Of a stretch of DNA of 64,000 bases, positions 1-10,415 are shown piece by piece. This stretch comes from Octopus sinensis (Eukaryota): assembly GCF_006345805.1 (NCBI RefSeq), contig NC_043010.1, positions 59,148,001-59,212,000 of the forward strand, read 5' to 3'. Made by a program: the position numbers and the translations under genes. The notes below the pieces were generated by a model. The model saw only the letters and a program-made list of their open reading frames with translations, had not been told where the DNA came from and made no database searches. Position 1 is the first letter of the stretch. Every line of letters starts with the position of its first letter.

Positions 1-1361
1 GGTTTTTGTCAAAGACAATGGAAGCCCATCTCTGAATGACACAGCGAATGTTGTTGTTGAGATTCTAGATCAAAATGACAATGCTCCATATTTTACATAT
101 CCTAGTAGTGACCCTTACACGCTAAATGTGCAGTACCATCCGCAGAGTAAGAGTGACATCACAGTTTTGAGAGCTTCTGATGGGGACAGTGGAAACAATG
201 CTTTCCTCAGATATGCAATCATACAAGGAAATGATAAACAGTTGTTAGTATGAACTCACACAGTGGTGCTTTATCCTTCTCCAGACAAGTTTATCTAAAT
301 GATGCTGGAAGTTATGAGCTGGTGTTTGTTGTGAAGGACAGTGGTAGTCCAGTTCAGTCGTCAACAACTAGTGTCACTTTGGTATTGGCTGTTAGTAACG
401 AGACATCACCAATGTCGAAGAGTGGACCTTTACAATCTTCAGGTCGGGTCCATATGACATGGGTTATTATCATTGTATCATCAGCAGTAATAATATCAGT
501 GGCTATTGTTGTTTCTATAACGCTGTGTATTATGAAATGTATTAAACACAGAGATAACACAGCTGCTGCCACAAAGAATACAGCCTACCAAGGTAGAGCA
601 GAGATGAAACAATTGTTATACCAGACTAACACTTCTGTTGCTATGTCGAGGAATGCAGAAGAGATGGTGAAGCGGAATATCTATTCTGAGAGATCCAAGA
701 GTGAATGTTATGCAGAAGGTCAGCTACAGAACAAATATGAATCTTCAGTTCAGTCGAGAACTTTACCAAAACCTACCCCAGTAAGTGGAAACATTACATT
801 TTCTCTCTGTAAAAGTGAACAATGAAATCTCTTTGAATATGTTTTAACTTCAATAATACATTCCAATATTAAATTGTTCTCTTTCCATGTTGATTGTAAC
901 TTCCATTGTTTGGTGTCTTCTCACATTTCTTTATCGTTTGTTTGTCAACAGAAATACTGTCAACCTGTTGTAGTGACATCAAGTGATGATGCTGTGGAAG
1001 ATAATGCTACTATGGTTTGTAACTATACATCAGATACAATGTCATCCAAGAGAAGTGGTAGACAAGGAGACTTGAAACATTACGAAGAAATACCAGGAGT
1101 ATCAGGTTAGTAACTACAATGTCTATATTTTGCTTCATCTAGAATGTAGACATCTCATAATTACTATTTGTAAATAGAATTTCTGTTGCAGCTTAAAATA
1201 TTGTGATGTGATTTTGGCTTTGTGTTTATATATAAATATATTTGCTAATATATTTATAAAATCTATATTTTGTCTAAATTCCAGATCAAAGTATATATAA
1301 AAACAATGATACATCAACATCAAAAGATTTCAGTGAAGAAACACCAGTGAAACATGTCTAA
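1..1361 (+). CDS. Protocadherin G0, 3' part only (EC5 end, EC6, TM, cytoplasmic tail), with an apparent 1-bp frameshift at ~245
   Basis: Inferred exons are <1-780, 952-1105 and 1285-1361 (TAA), with splice sites CCA|GTAAGT, CAG|AAA, G|GTTAGT and CCAG|AT. The sequence is near-identical to G1-G5. It has GTTGTTAGT where the other copies have GTTGTTTAGT, shifting the frame between codon phase 2 (window start) and the ATG at 250. Terminal exon gives DQSIYKNNDTSTSKDFSEETPVKHV*. Confidence 0.9.
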
Positions 1362-1816
1362 TTGTACTACTGAAGTAACACAGCTAATTGTATGAATGTA
1401 TAATATCTGTACATACACAATCTCACATACACATTGTATATTTTCTGTACAATATAGCAGTATAGATGTAAAGACGAGGGTGTTAAGTAATGAACAATGC
1501 TTCAGATAACTAAATATTTGAGTTCTATAAATTAGTAGCTTTCTATCAGTTTCTGTACAATAATCATCGTATCTTTGTTTTTCAAAAAGTTTTACAATAA
1601 GCTCTATAAACTATTGTTTTTTGTTTTTACTAAATTATGCAGTTTATGAATCCAAATATTGAGATATGATTGTAATTCTCTGAAGATAATTATCGTGAAT
1701 CTAATGAACTCGAAACTTTGTTTGCAGACCATAAAAACAGTCACTTTAGTGAGATATTCTAGTTGGAAGCTGCCTAAATACTTCACTGTCCTTCATTACT
1801 ATTGAAGTCAATGAAA

Positions 1817-1850
<34 letters not shown>

Positions 1851-2761
1851 TGTTTCTAAGAAAGCACAAAGCCAAAAGTCTGGTAGGGTAAGTTAGGTCA
1901 AATACATCATCTCAAATATTCTGCTGGTATTATATTTTATCAGTCCCAGAAGGATGAAAGGCAGAATTGACCTCTGCAGATTTTGAACTCTGAATGAGCC
2001 ATAAAGAATAATGCAAAGCTTTTCATTCCGATGCATGGCAAAATTAAGGTAATGGGGGAAAAATGCAGTTTTCCTTTCAGCTCTTTACATTCTGAAGTGA
2101 AATCCCATCAATGCTAACCAATTACTGGGGTTGATGATATCAGATATCATCTCCATCTTCTTAAAATTGTTGTACCTAAATCAGAAACCATTATTATGGA
2201 AGGTGGCAAGCTGGCAGAATCTTTAGAGCATTGGGGAAAAAAACCCAATTTTTAGCATCCCCTGGCTCTTTACATACTGGATTCAGTTCCTCTCAGGATC
2301 AAACATTCGCATCAATGGTGTTCACAAAACCATACCTCTCAAAATTGATGGCCTCTATGAAAATGAGAAATCATTATCATCATCATCATCATCATTTATA
2401 ATATTTGTTTTATTGTGTGGTTATCTAGAGATAACCATCTTGTTTAACATTATGACACTTTTAGAAGTATTTGTAATTATAGCTACATTATACCTTTAAT
2501 TCTAAGTGTAAGCAGTATTTCAGAAATGGTAAATCATAAAGTCATATATTCTTGTGACAAAATATAAACATTCTCATTGAAATATAAATTTCCATGGGAA
2601 CACTAGCATTGAATTTAGGAGCAAGGTAATTCAACATAAAGATAGTTATAATGGCCAATAAAGTTTATGAAAAAGAATGAACATCACACAGTCTCGCTTT
2701 TTTTCCATGTACAAATCTAAACTATTTGTCTAATAAAATCAATGTAAAAGAGAAGATTGTC

Positions 2762-2795
2762 ATTGGTCTTCTGTTTAGATCATTCAACCAATCAG
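2762..2795 (+). promoter_or_regulatory. Putative promoter P1: ATTGG-N21-CCAATCAG (paired inverted NF-Y-type boxes)
   Basis: ATTGG at 2762 and CCAATCAG at 2788, about 210 nt upstream of the leader. The same pair occurs before all six leaders. Confidence 0.6.
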
Positions 2796-3000
2796 ATTCT
2801 CACTAAAACACAGAAAGAAATCACTAACAAAGATATGCATTCACGTTTCTGATGTTCTTAAACCAAACAATTATGTATAAATCTTGAATATTACTGCTTT
2901 TGAAATATGTATCTACATAGATAGATATATGTAAATAGTCATTGATAACAGTAAGCAAGCATCATCTTTGAGGATAAATACATACACAGAATATTATCAG

Positions 3001-3204
3001 ATGGACGTACTCCCACAAAACATACAACTTCAGTGACACATGCAACCCTCTCCTAGCAGCAGACTCTCTGCCTGACGTGCTACACTACTCCATCACCATA
3101 ACAGCCATTGTCACACCATTACAGCAGCACTTACAATGGATCTTTCTACAACAATACATCTTTCTCTTTCTCACTGAATAACCAATGATATAATTATTAA
3201 AAAG
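3001..3204 (+). other. Conserved non-coding leader (5'UTR) exon, copy 1, predicted to splice to G1 acceptor 13317/13318
   Basis: 204-nt block repeated six times at near identity. It ends in AAG|GTAAGT (3205-3210), and identity decays soon after the donor. The 5' boundary is uncertain. Confidence 0.75.
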
Positions 3205-5009
3205 GTAAGTTTCTATTTAATCTCTTTTATAATCTCATCTGATATAAGAATCTCTCTGAATATGTATTAAATATTAACAAAAGAACAAAGAGATTGAACA
3301 TTTTCTACATATTTTTCATTAATGTTGTTCAAATTGTTTTATTTCATAATTAATTAAGAGTTGTGGATTGAAATGTTCAACACTCAGTCTTTATTTATTG
3401 AAATTATGTTAAATGTGTTACATATACTGATCGGTAACAACTGAGAACAACCTATGAGATATATTATAAAGTGTGTGTTTGTGTGCGTGTGTGTGTGTGT
3501 TTGTGTGTGCGTGCGTGTGCATATTTGTTTATAAAGTAAGATATATTTCATCTTTATAGTAGATGTTTTATGAAAATTATATTTAGACGTTTTGTGTAGT
3601 AGAAATATGTTTTTTGTATGGTTATTGTATGTGAGTTTAGAACTTATGACACAGGAGTGTGTTATAGATTTTAGTTGGGGATAATGGCGGACATATTATG
3701 ATTGACTGCTGTCAGGGAATGACCAGGTATAGTGTCATGTCGTAGAAGATAAAATAATGAGAAAAAAAACACTTCTGTCTAGAATTGAAGAAATATAGAC
3801 TTATAGCATTTATGTCAAATCATTGCCATCGTCATCATCATTGTCAATGTGGCTTCCATGTTAGCATGGTTTGGACAGAATAATTCATTGTTTTCAAGAA
3901 CATCAACCTATTTCAACTATTTTCATAGTTTATTCATTTCTATGACTTGAGCCTAAATTCCATATTGTAATTTATAATGTATTTTCAAGATTTTGTTATG
4001 AACTTTTGTAATATTTTAATATCATTTAAAGCTTATATTTACAGAAATTAAAATTGAAGTGAACTTTATTATCAATAAACAATGTTTCCCAATTCAAACT
4101 GAAAACAATTCTTCAGCAGGAAAAGCATTGTGTTCAGATATATTCTACAATATTCTGTATCCATGTTCTATATAATTCACGTAAACTGCTACCATCCCTC
4201 TGTAGTTATCAGAATCGGTCGGTGCCCTAAATATCTACTCAAACTCTTTCTTCCTACTCTTTGTTCCTCATAAGATGTTACATTAACTCTCCCATGTCAC
4301 TTATTCTTTTGTTAGTTCTCCTGTCTGAGATTCTTTCATCATTCATGGATTGTTTTACTTCCCAGACAAATGATGCAAGTATATTTTAAACTACATGAAA
4401 CTGTGTTGGATTGCAGAATTTATTTCTTATTTAATTTTTCTGATGATTGTGAGACTGCTTTGCATAAGTTTTATTATACAAAGACTTTAGAAGAATCGTA
4501 CAGAATGTTCCGTATATGTAAAAGTATTTGTTAGAAACCACTGACTATGAAAAATGATAGATTTTGATGATGATAACACTCTTTGCTGAATGTAGCAAGC
4601 ATTCTTAAGTACACCTATTACACATTTGTCTGATTCCTTTAAATATTTACAATAAACAATTTGTGTATCATCAGCCAATATCTCAACTGTAATAAGTCAT
4701 GGAATCATAAATTATTATTCTGCCAAGCACATTTTCCTCTGTTTTCTCTATGTTATATCTTAATATCATCACTGTGGATACTAAAATTCTATGGAATGAA
4801 CATTTCCCATTCTAATTGGACTTTTCAGAACCACTAAACAATGACATATTCAATTTTGTATGTCATTTATTCACATTGTAATATGTCTGTATATTCCAGT
4901 CTGCCCCTTATATATCGTTGATATCACACAAGAACTAAGCAAGTTGTTGCTTATTTATAAGTTTATCATTTAAATATTTAAATTTTAAAGGATTGTATTT
5001 TCTTTGCTT

Positions 5010-6960
5010 TTTTTCCTCTTTCTTTATGATCCTAGAATCAAAAGGGCATGATGGGTCGATATATAAGCAACTTCACTTTTCCTTATCCATGATTGTAATA
5101 TCTGGTCTATTGTTTTCTAATTTCTTGTCTGTTTGAATTGGAAAGTCCCACAAGATCTTACATTTCTCCAACTTTAGTTCTCTTTCGACTCGATGATTGT
5201 ACCATGTTTTTTCCAGTTTCAAATCCCCATTTCTGGCACAGTTTCCAGTGTAAAATGTTTACAACCTGGTCATGCCTCCATTTCTTATATTCTTCCTGAG
5301 CCAACTTGGGGCATTCTGTCACAATGTGTGCCACTGTCTAATTCCAAGTCCCATTCTCTACATTTTTCTGACATATTCTTTCCGTTTATATTTTTCCTCA
5401 AGTTGTTTGTTTTCATTGTTTGATCTTGGGCCACTACAATTAGGCTCTGCTTCTTTTTATAATTGCCCCCTTTTTTAACCAAGTCCAAGATTTTGTTCTA
5501 CATATGTCCTCAGTGGCTCTCCAAAATTAGCCATGCAGAGGTTTCTCTTTGATTGATCTGATGTGCTCTATTTGTATTTCATTCTTACCTTTTTCTCCTA
5601 TTATGCTCTTCGTCACCTGTGCTTTATTAACTGCCTTTAGTCATTTTCCCTGTGCTACTTACTCTGTAAATACTCTGCTAGACTTTTCCTTTCCATTTGT
5701 ATAACTTATTCTACTGCTATTAAGCCTCTTCCACCCTGGTCTCTCCTCAGGTACAGCAGTTGATATCAGCTTTTGGATGGTGGAAAAAGGAACAACTTCC
5801 TAGTTTTTCTGTCAAGTTACTTTCTATCATTTTTGGTCCAGGCTATAATTTCAACTCCATATCTGATTAAGCTAACTGATCTTGAATTTATTGTTTCAAT
5901 AAAAGTTTTGGAATTCACCTTTGACTACAATAATTTTCTCACCCTCCTTGTGTACTCCCAACTGGTAATTTATTTCATTTCTTCATTTTTTAAAATCTCA
6001 TCTGCTTCCAGTATTCCCAAGTACTCGTACCACTGTCCTTTCTCAACCACTCTCATTCTTTGACCATTTGGCATTACAATTCCTTGGCTTCTTTCAAATC
6101 TTCCTTGTTTCATTTTCAGTATTGCCCACTTTTCTATCCCAAATTCCATACCTACATCATTTGAGAAAATGCAAATAGTATGTACAAGACTTTCAGGCTG
6201 TTTCTCATTTATATCATCCGTGAAAAGGAGATGATTTATCTGACCATTCCCTTTTCCCAAATTGTAGGCTATTTTAACATTACATAGTATCCTGGCCAAT
6301 ATGAATAGTAATAGAGATAAGCTATCACCTTGGAATATTCCACATCTGATGTTCACTGTTCCAAGTTTTTGTTTCCCTCTGATCAATTCCAATATTTCAT
6401 CATTATCATCGTTTAGCGTCTGCTTTCCATGCTGGCATTGGTTGGACGGTTCAACTTGGGTCTGGGAAGCCAGAAGGCTGCACCAGGCCCAGTCTGATCT
6501 GGCAATGTTTCTATGGCTGGATGCCCTTCCTAACGCTCCATGTTTTTTGCTATTCCAAACATGCTCATTGCTTCATTTATCCAACTATGTGGTACCATGT
6601 CATATGCGTTTTTGTAATCTAGCCCTGCTACATTCAGTCCCATCAATCTGTGTCTACAATTTTTAATTATCATTTTATCAATTAATGAGTGATCTTTTGT
6701 TGCCCTACTTTGTTTCCTGCATCCTTTCTCCTCTTCTGGAAGTAGATTCTTATTTTCCAGACGGTTGTATAATTCTTCTGCTAAGATACCAGTCATAAGC
6801 TTCCACATTAGTGGTAAATAGGTTATGAGTTGAAAATTTGATGCCAAGTTCCCTTTTATTAGCATCTTCTTTCAATTTTGTTGCCATTTCTTGCCGAGTG
6901 TCTTCCCAACACCTAGGGCAAAGAAACTTACTGTATACATTGGTAGGCCATCAAAATAAA
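5010..6960 (-). mobile_element. Decayed RLE-type non-LTR retrotransposon (R4/Dong-like): RT, zinc knuckle and restriction-like endonuclease; interrupted by an RTE-tail repeat at ~6406-6540
   Basis: Minus-strand peptides include LDYKNAYDMVPHSWI, GIFQGDSLS and INHLLFTDD (RT); LIVVAQDQ...KCR (pre-zinc-knuckle region); and ILWDFPIQTDKKLENNRPDITIMD...IDPSCPF (RLE). Many stops and frameshifts; boundaries approximate. Confidence 0.8.
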
Positions 6961-7089
6961 GATACCAGATTGTTAATTTACAAAGTCATGTGATAGAAAA
7001 AAAGGGCAGAAAAAGGAAAGAAAGAAAGAAAAAAGAAAAATGTAAGAAAGAAAACAAAGAAAATAAGGGGGAAAAGGAAAGAAAATTCC

Positions 7090-7450
7090 CAGTGACATTG
7101 CGCTTCTCCATTTGTGTGACTTTACCAGTTAAGACAATCTTTTGCATTTCCTGCATGGATGGTAAGCCAGGGATCATTCTTAAATAATTTTCTGTTCCTT
7201 TCTTTGATCATTCCAAGTGCTCCTACAATCACTGCTATTGCAACTGTCTTGAGATGCCACATCTTTTCAATTTCAATTAGCAAATCTTTATATTTTCTGA
7301 GCTTATCAAATTCTTTTGCCAAGATATTATGATCACAGGGTGTGCTCATGTCAATTAATAAACAGACTTTATTATTTTGGTCTTTCACAGCAATATTTGG
7401 TTTATTTGCTTTGATGGTCTTGTCTGTACGTACTGGAAAGTTCCAAAGAA
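7090..7450 (-). mobile_element. 3' fragment of a second R4/Dong-like LINE (RLE domain)
   Basis: Minus-strand ILWNFPVRTDKTIKANKPNIAVKD...LIDMSTP...KYKDLLIEIEKMW...IVGALG matches the RLE C-terminal pattern. Confidence 0.75.
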
Positions 7451-9553
7451 TCGTTATATTTTACTATCATTACTTTTGAACAGCTTCTAACGCTGGAGAT
7501 GTACTATGGTGTCAGCTGTTCACTACCAGTGAACTAAGGTAACACCTCTTATTTTTCAACAAAAAACTGAACGCTCATACCTCATCTTCCTCAGGTGAGT
7601 CCATCATTATTATGATGATGATGATGCTGCCAGACAAAGCACTCAATGGAATTTTTTCCCGTCCTCATCTTCTGAGGTTGTCTTTGCCTTTCATTCTTTC
7701 AGAGTCAATAAGATAAGTACCAATGTAACTGGCTTGCCCCTCCTCTCATAATCTGCTGGCCTTGTGCCAAAATTTGGAAGCATTACCATTATTGTAATAA
7801 TGCAAGCTGGCAGAATTGTTAGCACGCTAGACAAAATGCTTAATGGTATTTCATCCGTCTTTATGTTCTGAGTTCAAATTCAGCCATAGTTGACTTTGCC
7901 TTTCATCCTTTCGGGGGTCAATGAAATAAGTACCAGATGAATATTGGGGTTGATGTAACTGACTTACTCCCTCCCCTGAAATTGCTGGCCTCGTGCCAAA
8001 ATTTGAAATCATTATTATCAACATTATTATTCCATCGTAATACAGTCTTTAGTCATCTGTCAAGTCATTATTATTATTATGATGTTGCTCTTCACCCTAC
8101 CCCACCCTTTTCTGCACTGTCTGCTCCTCTATTCTACTCCCCTCCAGTTCATCTATCATTGATCCCTCTACAATCCTACCCAATTTCTACAGCTCTTACC
8201 TACTCTTCCCTGTTCCCTACTTATCATCTCTCATCTTTTGTTCTTTACACTTTTCACCCTCTCACTTGTTCTATATCTCTAACCACCTTTCATCTTCCAT
8301 TCACTCTTATAAATTCTACCTCTCCACACTTCCTCTTCTCTTGTCCCCCATTCTCTTCTGCACATCCCTTATCTTGAAAGTTCACCCTGACACCCCCCCT
8401 TCACCATCTTTATCACTTTCCAGTCATCAGTACCCTCTTCTTTAATATGAGCAACATGTAACTTGTTCTATTCTGAACCCTTCTCTCACCTTTTAAGCCC
8501 TCATTCCATAGCATAAAGCCGCTTCCCTCTCTACTGTTGTCCCACTCAGTCAAAGGGAATCTTAGTCTTGTAGGTTACACGGTACCTTCACAAGGGCTGA
8601 TGCTGCAAAAAAAAAGAAAAAAGTACAAGCTGTAAAGTGGGTAGCATTAGCAAGGGTCAGCCATACAAACTATGCCAAAGCAGACATTAGTGTCCAGTGC
8701 AACCTTCAGAGCCCGTTGGATCCTGTCAAATCATCCAGTCTATGTGATCATGGAAAATGAATGTTAAATGATGATGAGGAGGACAATGATGTGTGTGTGT
8801 TTGTGTGTACCCACCCGTCCCTTCCCTAGCAGCTGCTCATTCTTGATATTACTTATCCAGAACCATATCACTTGTTATCCCCACTTTATCCGTTAAAACT
8901 CTTCTCTCATATTTTTCTATTTTGTAAAACAAAAGTTATTGAAATAATTCGGAGGCACATCGTCTTAAGCATAATTTGTCATGGAATGCATTCTTAATCC
9001 CTGTATTTTCAAATGGCTTTGGCTTCTGATAAGTTTTACATCAAAGGTTGAGAAAATCTTAAACAAATATCAATAGACACATTATATTTCTGTACTAACA
9101 ACTGAATGGGATTTTCACAAATGTTTTCATAATATATAAAAGGAAACTAGCCTGTTTGATAAGCAATGTAAGAGATCACAATAGCATGCCAATTAGTAGT
9201 ATGTTTAGAAAGCCAACAAATGGATTTGTTTGTAATTATTGTTGAATGGAATTTGAATGCTAAATGAAAAATGCTCCAATCTTCAATTAGTCAGAAGGAA
9301 AAGGAAGCTGAAATGTGACATTACTGAAAGCTGAGAAGTAAAAGTGCAGCAATATATTTTGGGAAAATTACACAACTTAATAGCTTATGAAAAGTTGGAA
9401 CAACAGCACATGGAAAAACTTTTAGAAAAAGTCTTCACTATAACCACCACCATTTAATAAACTATATTAAAAAAAGAATCTTGGCAAGCCATCTTTTTGA
9501 GGCACGTGCTGCCTCTTTCAATTATTAAATGGGTCATTTCTTTGAAGGAAAAG

Positions 9554-9696
9554 TATAAGGGGCTGCTGAAAAGTTCCTGGCTTTAGGTAAAAAAAAATAT
9601 AGAAGGATCAGTTAATTGTGAGTTTATTCAACATATTCCCCTCTCAGATTCACACACTCATGGCAACAGTCGTCTCGTCTTTCTAAGCCCTGTAAG
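9554..9696 (-). mobile_element. Mariner (Tc1/mariner) transposon 3' end with terminal inverted repeat
   Basis: TA-AAGGGGCTGCTGAAAAGTTCC is a mariner-type TIR. The minus strand encodes LQGLE...ECVNLRGEYVE*, the typical mariner transposase C-terminus. Confidence 0.7.
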
Positions 9697-10129
9697 AGAT
9701 CTAAATAGTTGTGTTGGACTTGGGTCTCTGGATGACTCAAGGCTGTCATAAAATCGTACCATGTGTTTGAACCAGTCTATTGTGCGAAAGCGGTCAAAAT
9801 GCTAACCTTGTTGATACAATCAGTAGGCTGAAGGTTTGAAGTGAACTAAAAGTTAATGTAGAAAGGAGAAAATAATGACTTTACAGCAAAAAATGTTGTA
9901 TACAAGGACATTGGACTCATTACTGCAATAAAAATATGGCAGAAACTGAAATTAAGGATGATGAAAACTCATTTCATTATTTAACATCCAAGTGATTATT
10001 ATAATGTCATTGCTGAACTGTTTTCTTTCCCTGGATGTTGTTGTAGGATGTAGATGGTATTTTCTTAAAATATAGGCTTTCTTATTACTTATTAAGAAAT
10101 CTTAAATTTTTAAGGCACCATTCAAGCGT

Positions 10130-10415
10130 GATTGTTACCAACGTCGCCTTACTGGCACCTGTGCCAGTGGAATGTGTAAAAAGATTCGAGCAAAGTCGTT
10201 GCCAGTACCGCCTGACTGGCCCCTGTGCTGGTGGCACGTAAAAAGCACCCACTACACTCTCGGAGTGGTTGGCGTTAGGAAGGGCATCCAGCTGTAGAAA
10301 CTCTGCCAGATCAAGATTGGAACCTGGTGCAGCCATCTGGTTCACCAGCCCTCAGTCAAATTGTCCAACCCATGCTAGCATGGAAAGCGGATGTTAAACG
10401 ATGATGATGATGATG
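10130..10415 (+). mobile_element. RTE-3'-tail short interspersed repeat with (GAT)n tail (representative copy)
   Basis: Core GGTTGGCGTTAGGAAGGGCATCCAGCTGTAGAAAC...CATGGAAAGCGGATGTTAAACGATGATGAT. Further copies at ~6406-6540(-), ~22370-22630(+), ~23840-24075(-), ~31815-32091(-), ~32200-32500(-), ~33295-33425(-), ~37110-37392(+), ~44745-45003(+) and ~46195-46350(-). Confidence 0.85.

Noticed and set aside
354-572. Recurrent antisense ORFs (MAAAVLSL..., MFDITADL...) and the alternative-frame ORF MYNHS...
   Set aside because: They are shadows of the homogenised Pcdh coding sequence. Their recurrence is explained by DNA identity, with no independent evidence of coding.
874-1110. Repeated 78-aa ORF MFS(F/I)HVDCNF...GVSG as an independent small gene
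   Set aside because: It starts at TTG inside the intron and is simply the 3' part of the intron plus the 154-nt Pcdh exon. The 134-aa version at 49509 only reflects a different donor context.
3044-3062. CTCF-like site (minus strand CTGCTAGGAGAGGG) analogous to the vertebrate Pcdh CSE
   Set aside because: It has four mismatches to the 12-bp core consensus, too weak to call without a PWM scan or ChIP data.
3105-3139. Conserved RNA structure in the leader (CCATTGT/ACAATGG 7-bp stem; GCAGA/TCTGC hairpin at ~3058-3070)
   Set aside because: The stems are short enough to arise by chance, and the copies are too similar to show covariation (only one A-to-G change compatible with G:U). It needs cross-species alignment.
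3002-3181. Leader block as a coding exon (59-codon open frame WTYSHKTYNF...)
   Set aside because: It has no consistent start, the frame is broken by indels in copies 2, 5 and 6, and it has no recognisable domain.
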